A stretch of DNA of 64,000 nucleotides from a virus (Duplodnaviria; Heunggongvirae; Uroviricota; Caudoviricetes). The DNA is taken from the IMG/VR virus record IMGVR_UViG_3300012667_000768, one strand, 5' to 3'. Below, piece by piece: positions 18,471 through 26,770 of the stretch. The notes under the pieces were generated by a model. The model had not been told where the DNA came from, did no database searches, and saw nothing but the letters and a program-made list of their open reading frames with translations. The stretch's first letter is position 1; each line of letters begins with the position of its first letter. Made by a program: the position numbers and the translations under genes.

Positions 18471-18793
18471 CGTCTCATCCTCGCAATTTCTTCCGCATCT
18501 TCCTGTTTGAAGATAGGGACTAGGTTTGATTTATGCATAATGCCAATACCAATAAGTTTATCACCAGTATATTGCATCTCTTTCTTAGCACCTATAAAAC
18601 TATCATAAGTATCACCACTAGGATACTTAGGAGTTTCACGACGATAGGTGGTTGCCTCCATCGCAGGTTTAGGGTGGCCTTTGCCGCGTGAGCGGCGTAG
18701 CTTACCTGAGCGGTAGGCTTCATACTGTGCTAGGGTCTTGGTCTTAGAACCTAGACGCTTCATGAGAGCATTATATTCATTAAACTCACGCAT
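18467..18793 (-). CDS. hypothetical protein
   Basis: ATG start MREFNEY..; the track start at 18829 is a TTG. Confidence 0.45.
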   Translation of the reverse strand: MREFNEYNALMKRLGSKTKTLAQYEAYRSGKLRRSRGKGHPKPAMEATTYRRETPKYPSGDTYDSFIGAKKEMQYTGDKLIGIGIMHKSNLVPIFKQEDAEEIARMRR

Positions 18794-18839
18794 AAACTTA
18801 TCTGTTGGCACGTTCGACTTTCCTTTCAATCATGAAGCC

Positions 18840-18868
18840 ATTATAGATAGAATTGGCACGGAAGTCAA
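18840..18868 (-). promoter_or_regulatory. promoter TTGACT-N17-TATAAT
   Basis: directly downstream of terminator 18876-18900. Confidence 0.55.
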
Positions 18869-18875
18869 CAACAAA

Positions 18876-18900
18876 AAAAGGGAAAGCTCAGCTTTCCCTT
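18876..18900 (-). terminator. intrinsic terminator
   Basis: GGGAAAGC-tca-GCTTTCCC followed by T8 on the minus strand. Confidence 0.65.
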
Positions 18901-19103
18901 CTCTTAAATATGAATCCAATTTTTGATGCTTCTGTCTGGCCAAAGATAGCCATAAGTTCCCAGCCATCTTCCATCATAGCATCTAGTGCTCTTGGTAAGT
19001 GGATTGGACTAATTGTGAGACCTCTGGCATAGGCATAGTGCTCACCTTTAATTAGATCTCCAAATCTATGATCCTGTAGTTTTGGTGGTTCCGCTAGGTC
19101 CAT
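18888..19103 (-). CDS. hypothetical protein
   Basis: start re-assigned to MDLAEPPK. Confidence 0.4.
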   Translation of the reverse strand: MDLAEPPKLQDHRFGDLIKGEHYAYARGLTISPIHLPRALDAMMEDGWELMAIFGQTEASKIGFIFKRRES

Positions 19104-19332
19104 CCTGTTCGCTCCTTTTGAATTGTCCACACCAATCCTCTTCTTCGACTTGAGGCCACTGTCCTGCTATAGGAGGCCAAAATCTACAGATATACATCGA
19201 ATCACTATGCACTCTAGTTATTACTGCACCTACTGGGTTAATGAAAGTATATTCATCACCAGCGCTTACAGCTTCTTCACAGAAGTCGCACTTTTTGCAA
19301 CTAATGGACCGTGTGGGTTTTGATTGCTCCAT
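19066..19332 (-). CDS. Cys-rich hypothetical protein
   Basis: 88 aa; CKKCDFCEE and further Cys residues. Confidence 0.45.
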   Translation of the reverse strand: MEQSKPTRSISCKKCDFCEEAVSAGDEYTFINPVGAVITRVHSDSMYICRFWPPIAGQWPQVEEEDWCGQFKRSEQDGPSGTTKTTGS

Positions 19333-19457
19333 CGAACTCTAACTCCTTAATAGCCTCTACAACATCTTCCTCTTCTATGTCTAAAAGAGTAGCGATTTCA
19401 TCCATACTGCTACAACCATTCATGAGAAGGTATAGAATACGATGCTTAGTGGGAAGA

Positions 19458-19709
19458 TTATCCATTGCCATTTCCTAGTAGGTCTAGAAGTACTGGATCA
19501 AAGTAAATGCGGCCATTGTGCCTTGAGCTTTCCATTTTAGATACTACTGTAATCTTCTTAAGGAACTCTTCTCCACGAAGCTGTGCAATGAGCTTCATAG
19601 TTCCTTTAACCATGTCATTGTTATATACAATCCAAACAATACGCTTTCCTTCTAAAGACTCCGGAAGGCTAAGAATAGCTCGTTTTTGTCGTTCATATAT
19701 ATTAAGCAT
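19458..19709 (-). CDS. hypothetical protein
   Basis: 83-aa ORF. Confidence 0.45.
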   Translation of the reverse strand: MLNIYERQKRAILSLPESLEGKRIVWIVYNNDMVKGTMKLIAQLRGEEFLKKITVVSKMESSRHNGRIYFDPVLLDLLGNGNG

Positions 19710-19998
19710 GTGATATCCTATTTATAGAGAACGTTCCGTCCTCGTTATCGATCCACTCTACAACATCATCTACATTGAATCCTAGCGCTTCTAGAACGCC
19801 TTCGTCAAATACTAGATAGTGCTCTTGAGTTTCCTCATCAAATACTACTACTGCTGCTTGCTGCTGGGTCATTATGAATCATCCACTATATAGAAGTCAG
19901 ACTCAAAAAACCAATCATCGTCTAGATGTTTATTTCGTGCTGCTTCGGCTTGAGGTTTAGAAGCGAACTCGCCTAGAAAGACTGGCTGCTTCTCTTCG

Positions 19999-20136
19999 TC
20001 ATAGATTGGGTGTCTGTACAGATAGAACATTTTCTAACTCCTCTACTCGGCTCTTTAGGTCTTCGATAAGAATAGTGTGACTCTTACAAATTTCTGCTAA
20101 AGAGGACACTAAGCTGATTAATTGTTCGTCGTACAT
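19999..20136 (-). CDS. small hypothetical protein (45 aa)
   Basis: verified by hand translation: MYDEQLISLVSSLAEICKSHTILIEDLKSRVEELENVLSVQTPNL; strong Shine-Dalgarno AAAGGAGA; downstream of promoter 20157-20185. Confidence 0.35.
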   Translation of the reverse strand: MYDEQLISLVSSLAEICKSHTILIEDLKSRVEELENVLSVQTPNL

Positions 20137-20156
20137 GACTTCTCCTTTATGTGAGT

Positions 20157-20185
20157 ATATTATCAAAAAATAGGAAGTATGTCAA
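20157..20185 (-). promoter_or_regulatory. promoter TTGACA-N17-TAATAT
   Basis: directly downstream of the tRNA-locus terminator. Confidence 0.45.
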
Positions 20186-20208
20186 GAACTATTTTTGACA
20201 AAAGAAAA

Positions 20209-20252
20209 GGGGCCGACCATCACGAAGATGATCGACCCCTACAGATGCGTGC
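20209..20252 (-). terminator. intrinsic terminator ending the tRNA locus
   Basis: GC-rich imperfect hairpin GGGGCCGACCATCA..TGATCGACCCC followed by TTTTCTTTTG on the minus strand. Confidence 0.5.
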
Positions 20253-20629
20253 CACGTTAACACGACTGCTCGTACTTTGCGAGCTGTCAACTGGTTTTTG
20301 ATTTAACTACACTTAAAACACAGTAAACAAACGCCTCGTGGTATCGTCAGAGGTTAACGCTAGTTAAAGGTGGCCTAGAACCCGACCAGTAGTCAGCTGG
20401 AACGTTTCATCGGGGCAGGCGACTACTCCTGCTGCCGTGGAAGTTTAACGCTGCTTCATCGCGACGCTTAGCGGCCCCCTTACGGTGAACCTTTCGCATA
20501 TCCCCACAGGCAAAGCCTAATTGGGGGCTAAGTTATCGACCTGTGAGATTCTCACTCACGTACCAGCCAATTAAGGGCCGGATGTTAGTCACGCTAGTAA
20601 TCTACTAGTCCACATCAAGGTCAAATCTC

Positions 20630-20703
20630 TGGAGCGGAATGCGGGAATCGAACCCGCCTCGTCAGCTTGGAAGGCTGTCATAATACCACTATACCAATCC
20701 CGC
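20630..20703 (-). tRNA. tRNA (anticodon probably UCC, Gly), CCA encoded
   Basis: reverse complement GCGGGATTGGTATAGTGGTATTATGACAGCCTTCCAAGCTGACGAGGCGGGTTCGATTCCCGCATTCCGCTCCA; 7-bp acceptor stem (one GU); T-arm GGTTCGATTCC. Confidence 0.65.
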
Positions 20704-20704
20704 G

Positions 20705-20776
20705 TACCAATGGCTAGACTCGAACTAGCGACATAAGGAATATGAGTCCTCTGTTCTACCACTGAACTACACTGGT
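20705..20776 (-). tRNA. tRNA-Met (CAU)
   Basis: reverse complement ACCAGTGTAGTTCAGTGGTAGAACAGAGGACTCATATTCCTTATGTCGCTAGTTCGAGTCTAGCCATTGGTA; anticodon loop CTCATAT; 72 nt. Confidence 0.7.
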
Positions 20777-20855
20777 GTATAAAAAGGGCCGTCCACAGGA
20801 GGTTGCAAGACACCTGCCAAACCTGTGCGTTACTGTGTTTCCAACGGAAGTTAAT

Positions 20856-20932
20856 TGGTTGCGGGGATCGGATTCGAACCGATGACCTTTAGGTTATGAG
20901 CCTAACGAGCTACCTGACTGCTCCACTCCGCG
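20856..20932 (-). tRNA. initiator-like tRNA-fMet (CAU)
   Basis: reverse complement CGCGGAGTGGAGCAGTCAGGTAGCTCGTTAGGCTCATAACCTAAAGGTCATCGGTTCGAATCCGATCCCCGCAACCA; close to E. coli tRNA-fMet, including the C1-A72 mismatch and the three G-C pairs in the anticodon stem. Confidence 0.75.
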
Positions 20933-21399
20933 TCAAATGCTATTAAAAGACACTAGTAAAGTGATAAAGGTCCAAAAAACCACGATCGCTTCTATAAATT
21001 CGGCCTTGAATGTATACTAATGTCATTTAATAGCACTCCTAAGAATGCTACGAGAAGGATGAGATTACTCCTTCTATCGGAAGTCTTTGGTCATTACCCA
21101 ATCCCTTGCGAGGATGGTTCTACCTTTATCCACCAGAACGTCTCACGACTGTTCTAGTAACTTCCAGTGCTGCTTTATTATAGTGATAGCTTTTTCACTG
21201 TCATACCATGCTACTCACTCATTATTAACCCGTCTACCTTGCGAGCAGTTCAGTTCCGCTAAGAACTTACGTTTTCACTTCGAGCGAACAAATCCAGCTT
21301 GCGACCTTCATTGCACCATCTTCTATTACTAGGATGGTATTAAGCACCTTTCACATGGCACCGAAGCGGACTTTGCGTTTTCTATATATCGTTCCATGA

Positions 21400-21472
21400 T
21401 ATACGTTATAGGATTTGAACCTATGACTCTCTAATTAATGGTTAGATGCTCTACCAACTGAGCTAAACGTAA
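21400..21472 (-). tRNA. tRNA-like gene with non-canonical anticodon loop (CCAUUAA)
   Basis: reverse complement TTACGTTTAGCTCAGTTGGTAGAGCATCTAACCATTAATTAGAGAGTCATAGGTTCAAATCCTATAACGTATA; good D- and T-arms; 1-72 mismatch; position 33 is C. Confidence 0.5.
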
Positions 21473-21933
21473 AGTTGCTAACCTACCTCGAAGTGCCACT
21501 TCCGCTGCTTCATATCCTTTTGAGATACAAAATACAACACTCCGACTGTCTTTCTCCTTGCGAGATACTAAACCATGCTTCTGGACTTTCACCCATTGCA
21601 TTGCCACTTAGCCCTTCCACGCGAATGGTCGAACACAGTGACTACCAGTTAATTGTACGCACCTCATGTTTTGGCTTGTTATGGAACAGGACGCCAATCC
21701 CTTTATCCCTCACCGACCGGCTCTGGGCATATATCCTTTCGGACCATAACAACAATCCATGCGATGATTGCCTAGCTAAATAGACAATGACACGCTTTCG
21801 GCTATAAACCGAGTCGTATCCAACGCTGGCTTGCATAGTAGGACTCTTGCGAGCGGAGGTATGTAGGAATTCCTCCGTTGGCCACATTGCTGTGGTTATC
21901 CTTTATAGAGCGCTATGCCGCTCTTGAATATCT

Positions 21934-21962
21934 TTTATAGATGATTTGACCATGAAAGTCAA
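21934..21962 (-). promoter_or_regulatory. promoter TTGACT-N17-TATAAA driving the tRNA/non-coding locus
   Basis: no ORF between it and the tRNAs. Confidence 0.55.
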
Positions 21963-22009
21963 GATCTATTTTTTGAATCCTTGGATAACTACTGAATTTC
22001 AGTATTTAT

Positions 22010-22250
22010 CAAAGGGATGGTTGTTAACGCACAACCATCCAAAGCGGGGCCGATAGGCCGATAACTGGTTTACTACTTACTCGCCTCGGTTGTCTGGCCA
22101 GACCATAGCCGATCTTATCTAGTAAGCAATGTATCCATATTCAAGAATTGTGCACGATGGAAACGAGCCAATTATCTACTAGCACGTCTTATTAGGTTCG
22201 CCTAGCTATTATCAAGAACTTTGAAGGGCATCCCGACAGGCGCTCTTGAT
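22010..22250 (-). ncRNA. candidate small RNA (promoter to hairpin, no ORF)
   Basis: minus promoter 22257-22285, then about 240 nt without an ORF, then a perfect 10-bp hairpin GGATGGTTGT/ACAACCATCC (22024-22049) followed by CTTTGAT on the minus strand. Confidence 0.3.
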
Positions 22251-22256
22251 GTAACC

Positions 22257-22285
22257 ATTATACTCATTTAAGCATTGAAAGTCAA
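22257..22285 (-). promoter_or_regulatory. promoter TTGACT-N17-TATAAT
   Basis: drives the ORF-less 22010-22250 segment. Confidence 0.55.
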
Positions 22286-22300
22286 CACTTATTTTAAGCA

Positions 22301-22462
22301 TTACTTAGCTGCTGGGTCTGTAACTTCGACTTCAGTAGTTACAGCAGCTTCTGGCTCCTGAACTGTTACGTTAGCTTCAGTTGCTTCTGGAGCGGCTTCT
22401 GTTTCTGCCTTTTGGCAAGCAGCTACTAGGACTAGTGCTACAAGTGGTAGGATCTTTTTCAT
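22301..22462 (-). CDS. small acidic lipoprotein
   Basis: MKKILPLVALVLVAAC lipobox; acidic Ala/Glu/Thr-rich tail. Confidence 0.5.
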   Translation of the reverse strand: MKKILPLVALVLVAACQKAETEAAPEATEANVTVQEPEAAVTTEVEVTDPAAK

Positions 22463-22561
22463 TATTGTGTTCCCTCTTTTTGCTTTTGGAATTCGGCTTC
22501 CAACCATGATGAATCCTCAATCCTAGTATATGAATCTAGGATAGGATTATATCTATACCAG

Positions 22562-22600
22562 AAACTGGACTCGAACCTAATAAAAGTCGAGTCCAGCTTA
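22562..22600 (-). terminator. intrinsic terminator
   Basis: 10-bp stem CTGGACTCGA/TCGAGTCCAG followed by TTTCTGGTAT on the minus strand. Confidence 0.5.
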
Positions 22601-22631
22601 ATTTCTAGTATGTCAATTACTTGAGAGTCAA

Positions 22632-22997
22632 TCACTCTGATTCTTCTTCTAGATCAATTAGATGTGCTCGTACAAAGTCTGGATTAGACAATGCCTTGTA
22701 GAGCCTCTGTAGATCTAGCTTTCCAGCCTTAGCTAGACTTGGTACTTCGATACCGAACCAGTCACCAATCTCTTTTACAAGATCTTCCTTGCGAGTAATA
22801 GGTTCACCACTCTTAGAGAGACGTGGTGGAGCCTGGTAGACGCCAGCACTAGATAGCTTTGCAATAATAGAGCGAGTACTCTTATTGTGCTCCTCTGCTA
22901 GACGATCTACAGTCGCACGTGTAGGATCGGCTTCGTACTCATCAATAATAAGTTGAGTAAGTTCTTCTGTATAACTCATTCTTCCACACTCCGGCAA
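22632..22997 (-). CDS. paralogous small-protein family member (SxRS(I/V)IAK motif)
   Basis: LAEEHNKSTRSIIAKLSSAGVY motif shared with 23864-24175, 31695-32099 and 34581-34895. Confidence 0.55.
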   Translation of the reverse strand: MPECGRMSYTEELTQLIIDEYEADPTRATVDRLAEEHNKSTRSIIAKLSSAGVYQAPPRLSKSGEPITRKEDLVKEIGDWFGIEVPSLAKAGKLDLQRLYKALSNPDFVRAHLIDLEEESE

Positions 22998-23389
22998 TAC
23001 ATACGATAAAGACCGACTTGCATACCATACGCTTCTACTTCCCAGGGACTGAAGAAATATTCTTCACTACTGGCTTCATACGCTTCGTATTTTGTACCCT
23101 TCCAGCTACAGTGCTTACCATGATCCGTTAGATCACCAGAAATATACTGTCGTGCATGAACCATCTCATGAGCAAGAATAGATAAAGGATGTTCTTCATC
23201 TTCATCTGGTTCCATCTCTAGTCCGATCATGCAATAAGGGATAATCTCCTCTTCGTGATACTCACAGTATCCAGACACAGGAAGATCAGGGTAAAGACCG
23301 ATAGCAATAATTGCTTCGTCTGGGAGACCCAGCTTCTTGGCATAGAATTCGGCAGCCTCCTTATATTCTTCGTTAATACAGATAATCAT
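22976..23389 (-). CDS. SprT-like zinc metallopeptidase
   Basis: 137 aa; LAHEMVHARQY...DHGKHCSWKG (HExxH plus downstream His). Confidence 0.6.
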   Translation of the reverse strand: MIICINEEYKEAAEFYAKKLGLPDEAIIAIGLYPDLPVSGYCEYHEEEIIPYCMIGLEMEPDEDEEHPLSILAHEMVHARQYISGDLTDHGKHCSWKGTKYEAYEASSEEYFFSPWEVEAYGMQVGLYRMYCRSVEE

Positions 23390-23475
23390 TCAGGAAGCCT
23401 TTCATTTTCAAGATGGTCATAATAGCAGGATAGAGGTCGGGTGTCAACAATTGTTTTTACCCGACCCCTATTTTA

Positions 23476-23859
23476 TTACTTAATGCCAAGCTTTTCAAGG
23501 ATTGAAGCAGCTTCTGTATTCGAAGCCGCTAGAACACGATACTTGTTATTCTCGTATTCCTGTGCGAGGATCTGCTCAAGTCGAGCGAAGAGAGCCTTCT
23601 GTTCCTTGACTACTTCATTAGTAGCATTGTACTCGTCCATAGCCTTCTGATTAAGGATGGCTACTAGAGTCTTGTGAGCCTTGGCACTAGCACCGGCATT
23701 GACTTCGATAACGCGAACGATAGCAAAGTCACTACCATTATGAGCGACCGCATGATCGCCCACAGTTACTTCTACATCGTCATTGACAAGGTAGTCGTAG
23801 GACTTTTCGGAATACGTATTAGCATACCGATTAGTGAACTTAACAGTTACAGTCTTCAT
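23476..23859 (-). CDS. hypothetical protein
   Basis: 127-aa ORF. Confidence 0.5.
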   Translation of the reverse strand: MKTVTVKFTNRYANTYSEKSYDYLVNDDVEVTVGDHAVAHNGSDFAIVRVIEVNAGASAKAHKTLVAILNQKAMDEYNATNEVVKEQKALFARLEQILAQEYENNKYRVLAASNTEAASILEKLGIK

Positions 23860-23863
23860 TTAA

Positions 23864-24175
23864 TTATGCCTTTACGATATTACGGAGCTTAACAAGATCT
23901 TCAAGAACGAGCTTGTCTAGACCCTTGAAAGTTACATTGAGAGTAGACTGAATGTCTGCAACAATGTCAGCCTTGGACTCGCCCTTAGCCTTTACAGGCT
24001 TAGGAGCATCAGCAGGCTTAGGCTGATACGCGAGTTCCATAGCACGAATCTTGGCGATTACGCTACGGATAGAGATACCATGCTTCTCTGCGAACTCATG
24101 TGCATCATCATATTTAATTACTTCAAACGAGCGAAGCTCGTCGAGCATCTTTTCAGTGTAGTTAGGCTTAGTCAT
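23864..24175 (-). CDS. paralogous small-protein family member
   Basis: EFAEKHGISIRSVIAKIRAMELAY motif; Lys-rich linker. Confidence 0.55.
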   Translation of the reverse strand: MTKPNYTEKMLDELRSFEVIKYDDAHEFAEKHGISIRSVIAKIRAMELAYQPKPADAPKPVKAKGESKADIVADIQSTLNVTFKGLDKLVLEDLVKLRNIVKA

Positions 24176-24199
24176 TCCATTTCCCCTTTCGATGTAATC

Positions 24200-24228
24200 A
24201 ATATAATCGAAATAGCATCAAAGGTCAA
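24200..24228 (-). promoter_or_regulatory. promoter TTGACC-N17-TATATT
   Basis: shares a roughly 50-bp promoter and leader module with 25250-25278. Confidence 0.5.
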
Positions 24229-24339
24229 CATCTATTTTGAGTCTTTCCAAAAAGCGATGTATGCCAGAAGTGCTACAATAATCCATTCAGCCATGTTGCC
24301 TCCAAAAAGAAATGCCGCTGAATTAACAGCGGCACTCCA

Positions 24340-24549
24340 TTACGCGCTAGGGTCGCGATACCAGTCAAGAATTAGATCTAGAGCATCAATGTGCTTTTGA
24401 ATCTGCATCTTGTCATAGATTTCATTGTGTGAGAATACCGCAGGGCGGTCACATTCCATGTCTTCTAGAAACTGTTCGCGAGTTTCCTGTAGTTCAGCAA
24501 AAACCATACGGCTGATTTGTGCACAGTCTAGTTGGATTGCTACTTGCAT
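24340..24549 (-). CDS. hypothetical protein
   Basis: start re-assigned to MQVAIQLD, just after the upstream stop. Confidence 0.4.
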   Translation of the reverse strand: MQVAIQLDCAQISRMVFAELQETREQFLEDMECDRPAVFSHNEIYDKMQIQKHIDALDLILDWYRDPSA

Positions 24550-24550
24550 C

Positions 24551-24838
24551 TTAGTTTCCTTCAAATTTGGCTTTAAGCCATTCATATTGTGCGCGGTCTG
24601 CTTCTTCCTGATAGATAGCATACTGGGCCTGTTGAGCCTTCTGTGCTTCAAGTTCAGTTTCGGTCATTGGACGTTGAAAATTCACTTCAACATAGCTGTC
24701 CTCGCCATCATAATTTACAACAAGGTAGTCCTCTACTGCGTCAGGATTCTCGTCCTTCCATGCCTGTAGAGCAATAATGGCATCAGAGACTGTCATACCA
24801 CTAATATCTAGCGTTTCATAGTTATACTTCATACTCAT
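24551..24838 (-). CDS. acidic hypothetical protein
   Basis: 95-aa ORF. Confidence 0.5.
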   Translation of the reverse strand: MSMKYNYETLDISGMTVSDAIIALQAWKDENPDAVEDYLVVNYDGEDSYVEVNFQRPMTETELEAQKAQQAQYAIYQEEADRAQYEWLKAKFEGN

Positions 24839-24843
24839 ATCAA

Positions 24844-25074
24844 TTACTCCTCAATACCATGTTCAATAAGTGCTTCTTCCCAGCCCTGTTGGAACCAAGA
24901 GTCTTTCATAGTTTCTTCAAGTTCAGTTCTAGCTGCGTGATAGCCTTCATCCCAGCCATATTCATAGCCACTGTCGTAAGAACCATCTGTCACATCAGAG
25001 ATTAGTTCAGCAATAGCTTCACGTTGTTCGGCATTGATAAAGCCGTCCTCAACCCAAGTATCTAAAATTCCCAC
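24844..25074 (-). CDS. acidic hypothetical protein
   Basis: 76-aa ORF. Confidence 0.5.
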   Translation of the reverse strand: MGILDTWVEDGFINAEQREAIAELISDVTDGSYDSGYEYGWDEGYHAARTELEETMKDSWFQQGWEEALIEHGIEE

Positions 25075-25249
25075 TTTGATTTTCCCTTCCTACAATAAAG
25101 TTTTTACGAATAACAGTCACTAAAGCTGTCCTTTTTCCGATCTTCTTCAATTTTACGCTTCCAGCGGAGTGCTCTCTGAAGCATAAGATACTTACGATAC
25201 TCATTCATGTCTTTAAATTGCTTCATGGCTTTTCCCCTTTCGATTTAAT

Positions 25250-25278
25250 AAATATAATCGAAAAGGCCACAAAGGTCA
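25250..25278 (-). promoter_or_regulatory. promoter TTGACC-N17/18-TATATT
   Basis: near-duplicate of 24200-24228, including the leader CGAAAGGGGAAA. Confidence 0.5.
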
Positions 25279-25287
25279 ATATATAAA

Positions 25288-25566
25288 TTAACGTTCTCTC
25301 TTTATAGCCTTCAAAGATAGATCGTTCTCAGTTCCTACGAGTTTAATATACTCTATAACTGTTTTCTTCCAGTTATCCAAGTCCATTGCAGTAGTCATAA
25401 CATTCTTAGCAGATACGAGTAGAATAGAGCCTAACGATAGTAGGTCTTCTTCGTCGTCACACCACATTACCATTTCACTGACGAATTCGTCTACTGATTC
25501 CATGATAATTTGTTTATCTACTAGAGAGTCTTCTTTTGACCTTTTATATGGGGGATCATGCTTCAT
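25288..25566 (-). CDS. hypothetical protein
   Basis: 92-aa ORF. Confidence 0.5.
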   Translation of the reverse strand: MKHDPPYKRSKEDSLVDKQIIMESVDEFVSEMVMWCDDEEDLLSLGSILLVSAKNVMTTAMDLDNWKKTVIEYIKLVGTENDLSLKAIKRER

Positions 25567-25765
25567 TAATACGATTTAACCTATGAAGCAGAGACATAAT
25601 CTTTGCTTCATCTTCGCGACTAAGTTCGCTATGCTGTGCATAATGCACTAGTGCTAGTCTGATAAGACTAATATCGGTTGGAGCGAAGACTCCGCCCTTA
25701 GCACGCTTTGGTTCTTTATCCATTATTGGACTCCTCATCATCATAGAAATCGAACTCACAACCAC
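25556..25765 (-). CDS. hypothetical protein
   Basis: 69-aa ORF. Confidence 0.45.
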   Translation of the reverse strand: MVVSSISMMMRSPIMDKEPKRAKGGVFAPTDISLIRLALVHYAQHSELSREDEAKIMSLLHRLNRINEA

Positions 25766-26090
25766 AGGCAGTACCCATGAGCCACTCGACCTTTTCTAGC
25801 AGTGACCATGAATCATAGGTCTCTGGCTTGAACTCAGTAGAAGTGAAGGGATTAATATCTTCTTGTAGATTTTCATCTACAATATACTTACCTTCATGAT
25901 TAATATACTCTAGCTTAGTCATCTTGCAGCTAGAACAGACGCACTGATCTAGTATCCAGAAGATCTGTTCGATATGGTTGGATTTAAACTCCCAACCGGG
26001 CATAGACATTTTATCAAGTACTAGCATTTTTATGTTCCTCACAAAGTACACGAATCCAGCCGCCACTTGTGCTGGTTCCAGGTGCTCCAC
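25716..26090 (-). CDS. Cys-rich hypothetical protein
   Basis: 124 aa with CxxC pairs. Confidence 0.5.
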   Translation of the reverse strand: MEHLEPAQVAAGFVYFVRNIKMLVLDKMSMPGWEFKSNHIEQIFWILDQCVCSSCKMTKLEYINHEGKYIVDENLQEDINPFTSTEFKPETYDSWSLLEKVEWLMGTACGCEFDFYDDEESNNG

Positions 26091-26511
26091 ATTGTTCGCA
26101 AGTGCGACCGCTCATGCTTTCAGCCATTGAAACAATACCATCAATATAAGCGTCGCCGCCTCCGAAATAGAATCGAAGTGTGCCAAACTTTTCTTTGACT
26201 TGAATAGCTACTACTTGTTCGACAGGTTCTGGAATATCTCGTGGTTCACGAGACTTCCAGCTATCCCAGTTCTCAAATCCATTCGCTAGTGCTTCTTCTA
26301 GTTCAGCATTGAACTTATGAGCACTCTTGATTTGCTCAAGACGCCAGTCGATATGACCCTGAATGTTTGAGCACATAGCTTCTAGAATATTGTACCAGCC
26401 GTCACCGACGCACATACCCCAGACCATACAAGTCTTGGACATATCTCCGTTACGATCCCGAAAGATCAGCGGATAGTCTGCACACAACTTTTCATCAAGT
26501 TCTTTACGCAT
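26014..26511 (-). CDS. Cys-rich hypothetical protein
   Basis: 165 aa; CEQCGAP..C..H cluster at the C-terminus. Confidence 0.5.
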   Translation of the reverse strand: MRKELDEKLCADYPLIFRDRNGDMSKTCMVWGMCVGDGWYNILEAMCSNIQGHIDWRLEQIKSAHKFNAELEEALANGFENWDSWKSREPRDIPEPVEQVVAIQVKEKFGTLRFYFGGGDAYIDGIVSMAESMSGRTCEQCGAPGTSTSGGWIRVLCEEHKNAST

Positions 26512-26770
26512 CTAATTTAGTCCACATATGAGAGTTGCGAGGAATGTTAGGAATAATAGTATAGTTATCCCCATCTTTAAATACTAGCCTATCATGTACG
26601 CCAGGCTTGAATGCACTAGCTGGAGCCTGCTCGCCATAATACCTAAAGATAAGATCTGATGGCTGTGGAGAGTTAGCCAGTAGAGTTTCTACTAGTTCTG
26701 CGTTGAAAGAGCGACGAGGCTTATGCTCTCCGCTCTTATTTGTCCACTCAGGAATAGTGATTCTGTACAC
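26504..26770 (-). CDS. hypothetical protein
   Basis: 88-aa ORF. Confidence 0.5.
   Translation of the reverse strand: MYRITIPEWTNKSGEHKPRRSFNAELVETLLANSPQPSDLIFRYYGEQAPASAFKPGVHDRLVFKDGDNYTIIPNIPRNSHMWTKLDA

Noticed and set aside
19871-20030. Second small minus-strand ORF (MFYLYRH..)
   Set aside because: Careful reverse-complement translation terminates after 24 aa.
20589-21887. Track ORFs 20589-20813, 21087-21332, 21475-21783 and 21642-21887
   Set aside because: They overlap tRNA genes or lie in the promoter-to-terminator non-coding locus. None has a Shine-Dalgarno, and their composition is odd.
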